Shown here in pieces: positions 37,772 to 50,530 of a DNA stretch of 64,000 nt (position 1 is the stretch's first letter; each line of letters begins with the position of its first letter). The notes under the pieces were generated by a model that had not been told where the DNA came from, searched no databases, and saw only the letters and a program-made list of their open reading frames with translations. Origin of the DNA: Mobula hypostoma (Eukaryota); the NCBI RefSeq assembly GCF_963921235.1, contig NC_086097.1, forward strand, positions 80,540,001 to 80,604,000, read 5' to 3'. The translations under genes and the position numbers were made by a program.

Positions 37772-40700
37772 TAACCACCACCCCCCAGAACCGGCGATAC
37801 CTCCCCCAATGTCCACAGCCTGGATCGGCCTCTGTTTGGGAGGTCTGCCCCTGCGCCGCGGTGCCTGAGCCTGGACCGGTTGCGCCAAGTCCACATGGGC
37901 CGGTTTGAGTCGGTCCACCGTGAAAACCTCCTCTCTCCCCACAATGTCCAGCACGAACGTGGACCCGTTGTTGCTGATCACCTTAAACGGCCCCTCGTAG
38001 GGCCGCTGTAGCGGTGCCCGGTGTCCGCCCCGTCGTACAAAAAGAAACTTACAGTTCTGCAGGTCTTTGGGTACGCAGGTCGGGCTCTGTCCGTGCTGTG
38101 AAGTGGGGATGGGGGCCAGGTTACCGAGCCTCTCCCGTAGTCTGTCCAGGACTGCTGTGGGTTCTTCCTCTTGCCCCCTTGGGGCTGGTATGAACTCTCC
38201 TGGGACGACCAGGGGTGCGCCGTACACCAACTCAGCCGACGAGGTGTGTAGATCCTCTTTGGGCGCCGTGCGGATTCCGAGCAGGACCCAGGAAAGTTCG
38301 CCCACCCAGTTAGGCCCCTCCAGGCGGGCCATGAGAGCCGATTTCAGGTGACGGTGGAAGCGCTCCACTAGTCCGTTCGACTGTGGGTGGTAGGCAGTTG
38401 TGTGGTGTAGCTGTGTTCCTAAAAGTCTGGCCATAGCCGACCACAGGCTGGAGGTGAACTGGGTGCCCCTGTCGGAGGTAATGTGGGCCGGTACCCCAAA
38501 GCGTGCTACCCAGGTTGCGATCAGTGCTCGGGCGCAGGATTCGGAGGTGGTGTCGCTGAGCGGGACTGCCTCTGGCCATCTGGTGAACCAGTCTACGATA
38601 GTTAGGAGGTACCGCGCTCCTCGTGACACTGGCAGGGGCCCCACGATATCCACATGGATGTGGTCGAACCTCCGGCGGGTGGGTTCGAACCGCTGCGGTG
38701 GAGCCTTGGTGTGCCGCTGCACCTTGGCCGTTTGGCACTGCATGCACGTTTTGGCCCATTCACTGACCTGTTTACGAAGTCCATGCCACACGAACCTGTT
38801 GGAGACCAGCCGGACAGTTGTCCTGATGGAGGGGTGCGCTAAGTTGTGAATGGATTCGAACACCCGCCGGCGCCAGGCTGCTGGGACGACGGGGCGGGGT
38901 TGGCCAGTAGCTACGTCACTTAGTAGGGTCCTCTCACCTGGGCCTACGGGGAGGTCTTGGAGCTGCAAACCAGAGACTGCAGTCCTGTAACTGGGGATCT
39001 CAGCGTCTGCCTGCTGTGCCTCTGCCAGCGCTGCATAGTCCACCCCCTGGGACAGGGCCTGTATGGTAGGTCTGGAAAGTGCGTCTGCCACGACATTGTT
39101 CTTTCCAGAGACATGCCGGATGTCCGTCGTGTACTCGGAGATGTAGGACAGATGTCGCTGCTGGCGGGACGACCAGGGGTCGGACACCTTAGTGAACGCA
39201 AAGGTAAGCGGTTTGTGGTCTGTGAACACGGTGAAGGGCCTACCTTCTAAGAAGTACCTGAAATGCCGGATTGCCAGGTATAGTGCCAATAGCTCCCGGT
39301 CGAAAGCACTGTATTTGAGTTCGGGTGGTCGTAGGTGTTTGCTGAAGAACGCCAGGGGTTGCCAGCGACCCTCGATGAGTTGTTCCAGCACTCCACCGAC
39401 TGTTGTGTTGGATGCGTCCACCGTGAGGGCAGTAGGAACGTCCGTTCTGGGGTGCACTAGCATCGCGGCGTTTGCCAAGGCTTCTTTGGTTTTAACGAAA
39501 GCAGTTGCGGCCTCTTCGTTCCAGGTAATGTCCTTGCCCTTACCCGACATTAGAGTGAACAAGGGGCGCATGGTTCAGGCTGCTGAGGGGAGGAAATGGT
39601 GGTAGAAATTCACCATACCCACGAATTCCTGCAAGCCTTTGATTGTGTTGGGTCGGGGGAAGTGGCGGACCGCGTCTACCTTGGCGGGCAGCGGGGTTGC
39701 CCCGTCTTTAGTAATCCTGTGGCCCAGGAAGTCGATGGTGTCGAGTCCGAACTGGCATTTGGCTGGATTGATTGTAAGGCCGAATTCACTCAGGCGGGAG
39801 TAGAGCTGGCGGAGGTGGGACAGATGCTCTTGCCGACTACTGCTGGCTATGAGGATGTCGTCCAAATAGATGAATGCAAAGTCCAGGTCGTGTCCCACCG
39901 CGTCCATTAGCCGCTGGAAAGTCTGTGCGGCGTTCTTTAGACCAAACGGCATTCGGAGGAATTCGAAAAGTCCGAACGGGGTGATAAGTGCTGTTTTGGG
40001 GATGTCGTCCGGATGTACAGGGATTTGATGGTATCCCCGGATGAGGTCTACCTTGGAAAAGATCCTCGTGCCGTGTAGGTTTGCTGCGAAGTCTTGAATG
40101 TGCGGCACAGGGTAGCGGTCTGGCGTTGTAGCCTCGTTCAGTCTGCGGTAGTCACCGCATGGTCTCCAGCCCCCCGTTGCCTTGGGCACCATGTGAAAGG
40201 GGGAGGCCCATGGGCTGTCGGACCGTCGTATGATCCCTAATTCCTCCATCTTCTTGAACTCCTCCTTCGCCAGTCGGAGCTTGTCCGGGGGAAGCCTTCG
40301 AGCACGGGCGTGGAGGGGTAGTCCCTGGGTCGGGATGTGGTGCTGTACTCCGTGTCTGGGCATGGCTGCCCTGAACTGCGGTGTCAGTACTGATGGGAAA
40401 TCCGCCAGGACCCTGGTGAATTCATCGTCGGACAGCGTGATGGAGTCCAGGTGTGGGGCTGGCAACTGTGCTTCACCCAGGGAGAACGTTTGAAAAGTCT
40501 TGGCGTGGACTAATCGCTTCCTTTGCAAGTCGACCAGCAGGCTGTGGGCTCGTAGAAAATCTGCCCCCAGCAGTGGTTGGGCCACGGCGGCCAGTGTGAA
40601 GTCCCACGTGAACCGGCTGGAACTGAACTGTAGCCGCGCCGTGCGGGTGCCGTAGGTTCGTATTGTGCTGCCATTAGCGGCCCTCAGGGTGGGTCCCGGT

Positions 40701-41539
40701 TCTCTGTTGCGGGTGTCGTAACTCGTTGGAGGTAAGACGCTGATCTCCGCTCCGGTGTCGACCAAAAAGCGGCGTCCCGACTGCTTGTCCCAGACGTACA
40801 GGAGGCTGTCCTGATGGCCAGCCGCCGTAGCGATCGGCAGCGGCTGGGCCTTGGCGTTTCCCGGGAATTTGCAGGGCGGTCTGCAGCGGCGGGCCTCCGT
40901 GCCCCACCGCTGGTGGTAGAAACACCATTGTTCGTTGGGCTCCTCACTCCCGTCGCCGGGTCTTGTAGGCTCTGCTGCCGGGCCCGGTCTGGTCTGTCGT
41001 TGGGCACGCGGCTTGGTGATCTGTGCGACGGATGCCCCTCTCTCTTTCCTGGCATTCCACAGCACATCTGCTCGGGCCGCCACCTCCCGGGGGTTGCTGA
41101 AATCTGCGTCGGACAGCAGCAGGCATATGTCCTTGGGCAGTTGCTCTAGGAACGCCTGCTCAAACATGAGGCAGGGTTTGTGTCCTTCAGCCAGGGCCAG
41201 CATCTCGTTCATTAATGCTGACGGCGGCCTGTCTCCCAAGCCATCCAGGTGCATTAAGCGGCGTGCTCGTTCGCGCCGTGAGAGTCCGCAAGTCCTTATG
41301 AGCAGGGCTTTGAATGCTGTGTATTTGCCGTCCTCCGGGGGCGACTGTATAAACTCCTCAACTTGTGCAGCAGTCTCCTGGTCGAGGGAGCTCAGCACGT
41401 AGTAGTAGCGAGTGGACTCCGAGGTTATCTGCCGAATGTGGAATTGTGCTTCTGCTTGTTGGAACCATAAATGGCGTCGCAGCGTCCAGGAGCTTGGCAG
41501 TTCTAACGAAACTACGTGAACAGATGCAGCGTCGGTCAT
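37673..41539 (-). pseudogene. gag-pol polyprotein (Gag CHCC, protease, RT, RNase H, integrase) with one in-frame TGA at 39575-39577
   Basis: [61 protein letters not shown] core, PYEGPF; the two ORF-track ORFs share a frame across gcc TGA acc atg. Confidence 0.95.
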
Positions 41540-41563
41540 CTCTGGTCCAAATATCGTTTGGGC

Positions 41564-41577
41564 CGTCGGGGTCACCA
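41564..41577 (-). promoter_or_regulatory. Primer-binding site, tRNA-Trp
   Basis: tggtgaccccgacg, 2 nt inside the 5' LTR boundary, complementary to the tRNA-Trp 3' end. Confidence 0.88.
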
Positions 41578-41579
41578 AT

Positions 41580-41774
41580 TGTAGCGATGTGCTACACACA
41601 GCGCTAGAATAACCACACGGAGTCAGTGAGTTGGAGTTGCGATGAAAGAGGTTTATTCAAACTTCGCGGCCCGCTTTAAAGCCTTCCCGTTCCCGCCCTT
41701 TTTGCTGCCGGCCCTCTGCCTGCGCGCGCTGTTTCGTGAGCCGGTTCGTGGGTGTCAGAAAGTGGGTCGCCACC
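41580..41774 (-). repeat. 5' LTR
   Basis: Direct repeat of 37577-37771; outermost base differs (c instead of a at 41774). Confidence 0.97.
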
Positions 41775-41778
41775 CTAC

Positions 41779-42690
41779 CATATTTCTACCACTCGCAATT
41801 TTAGAATCACCCCTCAGCCTCCTTAGCTCGAAGGTAAACATGCCCAGCTTATCAGTCTCCTCTCATAAATGAAAGTTTCCATCCCAGGCAACATCCTGGT
41901 CAATGTCCTCTACACCCTCTCCAGTGCATCACATTCTTCCTATATGTGTGGCAATTAGAAGTCTAGTCGCTAGCCAAAATTTTGATAAATTTGTAACAAG
42001 ACAACACTCTCTGATATTTTGTGCCCTGAATAATGTGGCCAGAGTCCCCTCTGCCTTCTGCACTGCCATATCTATCTTTTCTGCTACCTCCTGGGTCTTA
42101 AAAGGAGGCCAGATAGGCTGAAGTATTGGAAGCTGAGGGTCATTGATAACGTTTATGGTCGCAGTCATTTTCCCAGGATATGGGAGTCCCAGAGGAGTTC
42201 AAGTGAACATAGCTTTCTGATGGGAAGGGAAAGATTTAAAAGGGACTCGAGGGGAAACATTTTCACACAGAGGGTTGTGGGTGTGTGGAGAGAGCTGTCA
42301 GAGGAGGTTGTAGAGGCAGGTACAACTACAGTGTTTAAAAGGTATTTTGGCATGCACATGGATAGTAAAGGATTAGAAAGATTTGGGCCAAACACGGGGA
42401 ATGGAACTAGCTCGGAGAGGCATCTTGGTCAGTGTGGAGGAGTTGGGCCGAATGCCTTGTTTCTGTGCTGCTTGCCTCTATGTCTCTATCTTTGAATTTA
42501 CAAGAGTCTTTTGTTCCTCAATGCTCCTGAGGGACATACCGTTCATTTCACATCTTGCCCGTATTAGAATACTCAACCAATCCTCAGCCCCCAAAGTGGA
42601 TCACCTCGTACTTATCAGGATTAAGTTCCATCTGCTTTGCTCAGCTGATTAATATAATTTTGTAACCCCCAGACTCAATTATCATCTACA
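41779..42690. mobile_element. Old CR1 fragments (minus) with nested plus-strand CR1 3' end (~42165-42490)
   Basis: GRERFKRDSRGNIFTQRVVGVWRELSEEVVEAGT; catcccaggcaacatcctggt. Confidence 0.75.
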
Positions 42691-43429
42691 CTAGCGTTGG
42701 ATTGTCACAAAGCTAATGTTATTAACAGTAAACTTAATTCACTGAATATTAATTTCTGAGCTGGGATGTGAAGTTTGTTGTCAAATATTACTCACTGAGT
42801 AATATAACCTTTTGAAATCACCCAGATCGGCCTTTCACTGTTAGTCACCTATGCAATGAATAATGTCTTAACAAAACGCTTTAAATGCCTGGGCCAGAAA
42901 TCAAACCTTATTCATTCAGGCCTTGATACCTTGTTTCCCCTCACCTAATCAGTGGTCTCAGCAAGTTGGCAGACAACAAATTTAAAAGCCTAGAACAAGC
43001 CTAACTAATGAAGTAAGACTCTCGGTCATTACACTATTCAGGAAGAACATCATTCTGAGTGGAATGACTATTGGACAATCACATACATTTCATGTCATAT
43101 GAACCTATGACCTTCTTAAGTAAAACCTTAATCAGAATTATGTTGACAAAGGAGAAACATGTTCAGTAATAACAACACAGAACAGTACAGGGCATGAACA
43201 GGTCTTTCAACACGCAATGTCTCCACTGAAAACAATGCAAATTAAACTAATCCCCTCTTGCCAGCGCACGTTCCATATCCCTCCATTCCCTGCATATCTA
43301 TGTGACTAGCTAAAAGCCTCTTAAATGTAACAGTCATATCTACTTCCATCACTCAGCCCGACACCTAGCATTTTCTGTGCAAAGAACTACATCTCCTTAA
43401 GGCAGACGTTTTAGTTCGGTTTCATATTG

Positions 43430-43825
43430 AAAAAGAATCTAGTGCTTTTCTGGCATATATGACAAATAAAATCATCTCGGGGTTCCAGCCGAGTACAGGT
43501 ATCGATTTTAACCGAGGTTTTGATGACAAACACTGCCATCTTCATTAGGGTTGATGCCTAGGGCATGTCTAGTCCTGTGGTACATATTCCTCTGTTGTCC
43601 GTCCCTCCTGATTGGTTAGTCCTCATCCAATCAGGTTTCTACTGCACAACCTGGAATTTGATTGTAAGCTAAGTGGGACGGCGGAAACCTGACTGGATGA
43701 GAACTAACCAATTAGGAGGAATGGGCGATACACCACCAGACTAACATGAAGGTGGCACAGTCTGTCATTGAAACGTTGGTTAAAATCGATACCTGTACCT
43801 GGAAGGAAGCCTGAGAAGAGTTTAT
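43430..43825. mobile_element. Palindromic termini of a second Penelope-like family, with degenerate hammerheads
   Basis: Inverted arms ~43468-43638 / ~43682-43823; 12-bp direct repeat ggtttcatattg at 43418-43429 and 43826-43837. Confidence 0.75.
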
Positions 43826-44004
43826 GGTTTCATATTGTTTTCTGTGAAGTAGATTTTTTTTGATACAAGCTATTTTATTGCTACTATGGTTACAGAATGT
43901 TGGAAGGATTATTCACTCTTTCTTGCCATTTACCAATTGTTAAAATAACCTAAGTGAAGATACTTATTTGTCATTGTGCTCTACAGATAGTATCACGTTG
44001 TAAT

Positions 44005-44330
44005 AAGCCATAAGACCATGAGACCATAAGACATAGGAGCAGAATAAGGCCAATTGGCCCATCGAGTCTGTTCCACCATTCTATCATGGCTGGTCCTTTA
44101 TTCGCCTCCTCGTTGACCTTCTCCCCGTAACCTTTGAAACCGTGTTCAATCAAGAACCTGTTAGTGTCCGCCTTAAATACACCCAATGATGTGGCCACAG
44201 CTGCCTCTGGTAACAAATTCCATAAATTCACCACCCTCTGGCAAAAGAAATTTCTCCTCATCTAAGTTTTAAATGGACGGCCCTCTATCCTGTGGCCGTG
44301 CTTTCTTGACCTAGACTCTCCTACCATGGC
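44005..44330 (-). mobile_element. CR1 3' end with octamer (ccataaga)n tail
   Basis: MRRNFFCQRVVNLWNLLP; ccataaga/ccatgaga repeats at 44008-44031. Confidence 0.88.
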
Positions 44331-46890
44331 TCTGTTGGTAAGGGATGGAATTACATCTTTAGAAAGAGGTGACATAGGGTCAGGTGTTAAGAAACTGCAA
44401 GGGTAAAAGAAAATCATTATGGCAATCATATATAGGCTTCCAAATAGTACTCAAGTGGGGTTGAGATTGCAAATGGAGCTGGAAAAGGCATGTAATAAGG
44501 GTAATGTGGGACTTCAATATACAAGGGGATTGGGAAAATCAGGTTGGTTGCAAGAGAGGGAATTTGTTGTATGCCTATGAGATGGCTTTTTAGAGCAGCT
44601 TGTACTTGAGCCTACCTAGGGAAAATGCTATCTTAGTGTGTTGTGTAATAACCCAGATCCTATTAGAGAGCTTAATGTAAAGAAAACCTGATGAGGAAAT
44701 GATCATAATATGATTGAATTCATACTGCAATTTGAGAGGGAGAAGCCTAACTCACATGTATCAGTATCGCAATGGAACAAAGGGAATTACAGAGGCATGA
44801 GAGAGGAGCTTGCCCAGGTGGATTGGAGGAGGATACTGGCAGGGATGATGGCAGAGCAGAGATGACTGAACTTTCTGGGAATAGTTCACATGGATAGGTA
44901 TGTCCCACAAACGAAGAAGTTCTCAAATGGCAGTGGTAGACAACCATGGCTGACAAGGGAAATTAAGACACTGCATAGAAGCCAAGGAAAGAACATATAA
45001 GGTAGTAAAAGTGAGTGGGAAGTTGGATGATTGGGATACTTTTAAAATCCAACAGAAGGCAAGTAAAAAAGCTGTAAGAAGGGAAAAGATGCAATATGAG
45101 GGAAAACTAACCAATAATATAAAGCAGGATACTAAATGATTTTTCGGTTATATAAAGACTAAAAGGGAGGTGAGAGTTGTTATTGGACCACTAGTAAATA
45201 ATGCTGGTGAAACAGTAAAGGGAGACAAAGAATTGGTAGTTGAACTTAATGGGCACTTTGCATCTGTCTTCGCTGTGGAAGACACTGGCAGTATGCCAGA
45301 GGTCCATGAGTGTCAGGGAGCAGGAGTGAGTGCCATTGCTATTACAAAGGAAAAAGTGCAAGGCAAACTCAAATGTCTTAAGGTGGATAAGTCGCATGGA
45401 TCAGATGGATTACATCCCAGAGCCCTGAGAGCGGTTGCTGAAGAGATAATGGATGCATTGGTCATGATCTTTCAAGAAACAATTGATTCTTGCATGGTCT
45501 TGGAGGACCGGAAGATTGCAAATGTCACTCCACTCTTTAAGAAGGAGGGAGGCAAAAGAAAGGAAATTATTGGCCAGTTAGCCTAACCTCAGTGGTAGGG
45601 AAAGTGTTGCAGTCTATTATTAAGGATGAGGTTTCGAGGTACTTGGAAACTATTGATAAAGTAAGTCAAAGTCAGCATGGTTTCTGTGAAGGGAAATCTT
45701 GCTTGACAATTCTGTTAGAGTTTTTTGAGGAAGTAACAAGCAGGGTGGACAAAGGAGAGGCAGCGGATGTCATTTACTTGGATTTTCAGAAGACATTTGA
45801 TAAGGTGCCACATATGAGGATGCTTAACAAGAGAAAATCCGATGGCATTACAGGAAAGATACTGGCATGGATAGAGGAATGGCTGACAGGCAGGAGGCAG
45901 TGATTGGGAATAAAGGGGGCCTTTTCTGGTTGGATGCCAGTGACTAGTGCTGTTCCTCAGATGTCAGTATTGGGACCACTACTTTTCACATTGTCAATGA
46001 TTTGGATAACAGAATTGATGGCTTTGTGGCAAAGTTTGTGAATGATAGGAAGATAAGTGAAGGGGTAGGTAGTGCTGAGGAAGCAATGTGATTGCAATAG
46101 GATTTAGACAAACTGGAAAATGAGCAAAAAGTGGCAGATGGAACACAGTGTTGGGAAATGTATGATAATGCATTTTGGTAAAAGGAACAATAGTGTGGAC
46201 TATTATCTAAGTGGGGAGAAGGTTCAGTCATCAGAGGCACAGGGGACCTTAGGAGTCCTCATGTAAGACTCCTAGAAGGTTAATTTACAACTCGAGTCTG
46301 TGGTAAAGAAGGCAAATGCAATGTTGACATTTATTTCAAGGGTAATTGAATATAAAAATAAGGAGATAATGTTACGTTTTATAAGACAATAGTCAGGCTG
46401 CTCTTGGAGTATTGTCAACAGTTTTGGTCCCTATATCTCAGAGAGGATATGTTGTCATTGGAGAGAGTCCAGAGAAGGTTCACAAGGATGATTCCAGGAA
46501 GGGAGGGGTTAACATATGAGGAACATTGGGCATCTTTGGCCCTGTACTTACTGGAATTTAGAAGAATGTGTGGGGATCTCATTGAAACCTACCGAATGCT
46601 GAGAGGACTAGATAAGGTGGATGTGGAGAGGATGTTTCCTAAAGTGGGCATGTCCAGAACTAGAGAGCACATCCTCAAAATTGACAGATGATCTTTTAGA
46701 ATAGAAGAAGGATTTTTTAGCCAGAGAGAAGTGAATTTATGGAATGCTCTGCCACAGACTTCAGTGGAGGCCAAGTCCATGGGTATATATTGAAGGCAGA
46801 AGTTGATCATTTCCTGGTTGGTCAGGGCATCAAAGGATATGGCAAGAAGACAGGTCTATGCAGTTGAGCGGGATCCAGAATCAGCCATGA
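44331..46890 (+). mobile_element. Long degenerate CR1 ORF2 (endonuclease to RT, 3' end)
   Basis: HFASVFAVED, KSHGSDGLHPRAL, QHGFCEGKSCLT..YLDFQKTFDKVPH, LERVQRRFTRMIPG. Confidence 0.93.
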
Positions 46891-47206
46891 ATCTCAGAAC
46901 TGGAGTAGAACTTAGAAAACTGATCTTGATACGAAGAGACTGAGTTTCAGAGGTAATTCTTGGTACTAAAGCAAAACTTAGAACAGACTGTCCTAAGTGG
47001 CCAGAAAACATTAATTACCACACAGACAAAACCAACGATCTGGCAACTAGTGGTTGTAAAGCCGGGGTTCTTATGCTGCAGGTCTTGATGGAAACAAGGT
47101 GTGCTGTCATCAAAGAGAAATAGGAGCAAATGGGGAATTATTGGATCCATGGCACAATCAAAGGGAATTAGCAGAAAATAGGGGATTAACTGTCGGGACC
47201 ATGACA
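46891..47206 (-). mobile_element. Putative LTR fragment
   Basis: Ends ggaccatgaca (minus strand tgtcatggtcc), the same terminus as 60859-60869. Confidence 0.4.
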
Positions 47207-47818
47207 TAATCTGTTTAAGTCTTTCTGCAGCCTTCCTGTGTCCTCAGCACCACCTGCCCCTTCACCAATCTTTGTAACATCTGCAAACTTGGCAACAAAA
47301 CCATCTATTCCATCTAAATTATTGACATACAGCATAAAAAGAAACAGTCCCAACACCGACCCCTGCGGAACATCACTAGTCACTGGCAGCCAACCACTAA
47401 AGGATCCTTTTATTCCCACTCGCTACCTCCTACTAATCAGCCAATGTTCTAGCCATGCTAGTAATTTTCCTGCAATATCATGGGCTCTTAACTTGGTATG
47501 CAGCCTCATGTGTAGCACCTTGTTAAAGGCCTTCTTAAAATCAAAATATACAACTTCCACTGCATCCCCTTTATCTATCCTACCTGTAATCTCTTCAAAG
47601 CATTCCAACAGGTTCATCAGGCAAAATTTTCCCTGAAGGAAAATCACTATCTTGTCCTATCTTTGTACTGTCTTGTCTTGTGTCACCAAGAACTCCATAA
47701 CCTCATCCTTAGCAATTGACTCCAACATCTTCCCATCCACTGAGGTCAAGCTAGCTGGTCTATGATTTCATTTCCGCTGCCTCCCTCCTTTCTTTAAGTG
47801 TGGAGTAACATTTACAAT
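47207..47818 (-). mobile_element. CR1 RT fragment
   Basis: [33 protein letters not shown]. Confidence 0.9.
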
Positions 47819-49055
47819 TAATGGTATGGCTGAGAATGAGGGAATAACAGTAATCACTCAAGCTACATGCTTTCCCTTTCAATGCACATATATCAAAAAT
47901 GGCCAAATAATTATTTGCTTCAGTGACTAACAAAATGTTTCCAGATATTGCTAGCGACTGTAATGGTAAAGTTGAGTGGAAGATGTAACATTTAGAATAC
48001 AGAGAAAGCAACATAGCAAAAGGAAATGGGAAGTTATCAACCTGACACTGGTACATGTCACTCCTGAACAGAGAGCAGGGCAAGAACAGCAATGCAAAGG
48101 CATGACTGCTGAGTTACACACTGCCTGAATGAGGAAGTGACTTACTGATCCTAAGCTATTACTGAATTAATAGTCTAGAACTTTGAATCCAGCACCATTA
48201 GATGAACAGGATTGCAACAAATGGACTGCATTCTTTTATGAAAAATCTAGGAGGGCAGCAAATGCAATCTTGCCAGTGTTTCCCACTCATTAGGCATAAT
48301 TCCAGCTGGAATGAAAATTGCTACAACTGATTGGTTGCCCTATTTCAAAAATGATTGGTTGATTAAAAACTGTAGACCAATTACATCTGGAGGAACTCCA
48401 AAAATACATAGGATAAAACTGATGATAATCAGTTTTGAAAGCTGAATGTAACTTTGATTATCTAACGTAATAAAGATCTGTAAAAAATAAAGACAAATGG
48501 TTCATGACCATCAAAATAATTACATTGTCAAGCAAGATATGTCAGTGGGATGAGAGCAGCTGACAGAATCCCTGGTGCACAATTTGGCAGATAGCCACAA
48601 AGGTTTTGGATGAGGACTGAATTACATTGAAGACTAAAGATTCCAGGTCCAGACTGATTTCCAATTACAGTTGTGTTATATTAAAGCAAATGAAATGCAC
48701 AGACACGCAGAATGTAATATTTAACTTTTAGAAATGACAATGTCTGTTCTTCAGAAATGATGCTAAGCAATAGTTGTTAAAATCTGTTCCAGTTGCACAG
48801 AGATGACAGAAGCTCTAGTTTCCAAGTATTTATTTAATCAACTGCACACAATGCCCTTTGGTGAAGATGCATTTTATGGAAAAAATGAAAGCAAGTATTT
48901 AGACAAGAAATGGTTGATATTTGTTATTAATTGAAGACTTTTGTCAAGGTGATGTTTTAATGACTAGGCTATTAGTATGAACTGCTCCAAGTAGTTGTTT
49001 AACACCATAGAATTCGAAGGCAATATTAAACTAAGTGAGATATTATTCTTTAGAT

Positions 49056-49135
49056 CAGGGGTTCCCAAACTTTTTTATGCCATGGATCCTTACCATTAAC
49101 CAAGGGGTCTGTGGATTCCATGTCGGGAACCCCTG
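49056..49135. mobile_element. 80-bp hAT-type MITE
   Basis: TIR caggggttccc / gggaacccctg; perfect 8-bp TSD ctttagat (49048-49055, 49136-49143). Confidence 0.92.
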
Positions 49136-50479
49136 CTTTAGATAAAGCTCAGGTCATTTCATTTCCTCCTCCAAGTGTGAGTTAGTGAGTTAGAGTCAAA
49201 GGGATGGAAAATGTCAGGCCAACATCCATGATTAGCCCACAATTATAAATCCTTCCTAACTTTTATCTTTCAACAAAAATCTGAAGCAAGTTATTAGTGT
49301 CATTTCCATTGATTGTGCTGGATCTTATGACTGCAAATTGCTGGCCTGGAGTCTGTTGGATGTCTGGGACATCTTTCATTTATTGAATTGCGATAAATGG
49401 CAAGCTGATACCAAGAGTAGGGCTAATTGTACAGTTCTCCAGTGATCTACATGAATGTTTTCTACTCAAGCCCACTCACGTGATGAGAAGAAATAAAATA
49501 ACTCTGAACTGAATTGATCTACAAACGTTTGTAGAAGTCAGATGTCTCATGAGCTACTACAACCAAACACAACGTAATATGGATAATTTAAGCAGTAGTT
49601 ACAATGAGCCTGCACGATGGTGGAATGGGGTTTTGATTATATAATTTGCAAAAAAATCAATGACTGAAGGAGAAACATTTGTAGGTCCAGGGAATTAATA
49701 GAATATTTCTTTCAAAGAGCCTGCAAATGCACATTGGCCAAAAGGCTCCCTTTACTGGTTCATTCTGTTCCATTATACTATATTTTATGCAAAATGTGGT
49801 AACAATATCAATGATTCTGCTAGATTTGGAAGGCAAAGTTTGACACATTTTATAACTCTCTGAAATTCCCAAGGGCTTACACAATTCCACACGGCTTCCT
49901 ACTTTTCTATCAGTCCTCTAAGCAAATATGTGAATCAAAACCATCTATATGTAATTTGTGCCAAATTCTAATTTCCAGACAGGGAGGGGGAAATATCTGA
50001 TCTTCACTTTCAGTTTAGGCTTATTGAAAGCAAACTTGTGCTCCTTCTCTCAAATCAGTGATTGTTAGTTCGATGCCTTCCTTTGTGGATGCTACCTCCC
50101 AGTTACAGTTCATTAACCTCAGCTCTTTGCTTCACATTGTCTAGTTACATGTTCGAAAACCTAGTACAAACTTTAAGACAAGTACAAGAAGTTGAGCAAT
50201 TTTAAGTGCATGCAGACATGAATGCAGGTTCAAAAGGATTTTGTAGGTTCACACTTCTGAGAAACTCGGTCACCTTTTCAGCCTCTTAATTTTTGGACTG
50301 AAGTGCAAATACTGTAAGCTGAAATGGAAGATGTTACATGGACAGAGATATGTACAATCTTTAGACATGTTTGTTAAGGTAACACTCCTGCTCTGCTCTT
50401 TAGGAAACAGCATATAGAACTTTCATCCCTAAATAACTACTGCAGTAGACAATGAACAGAAAAGTGACTATCTTCACAA

Positions 50480-50530
50480 TATATTTTTTAAAAATGGCAT
50501 GTCATTATATTTTTTAAAAATGGCATGTCA
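50480..50530. repeat. Perfect 25-bp tandem duplication
   Basis: tatattttttaaaaatggcatgtca at 50480-50504 and 50506-50530. Confidence 0.9.

Larger units (their letters stand above)
37577..41774 (-). mobile_element. Young full-length Gypsy LTR retrotransposon, CsRN1-like (4198 bp), inserted in an old CR1
   Basis: 195-bp LTRs 37577-37771 and 41580-41774; 4-bp TSD ctac (37573-37576, 41775-41778); tRNA-Trp PBS; PPT 37772-37786. Confidence 0.97.

Noticed and set aside
38067..41607. Many overlapping alternative-frame and antisense ORFs in the young Gypsy
   Set aside because: Expected from high GC and few stop codons; no domain signatures
37577..41774. Bacterial contamination suggested by the GC jump
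   Set aside because: Bounded exactly by LTRs and a TSD, and encodes a eukaryotic Gypsy polyprotein
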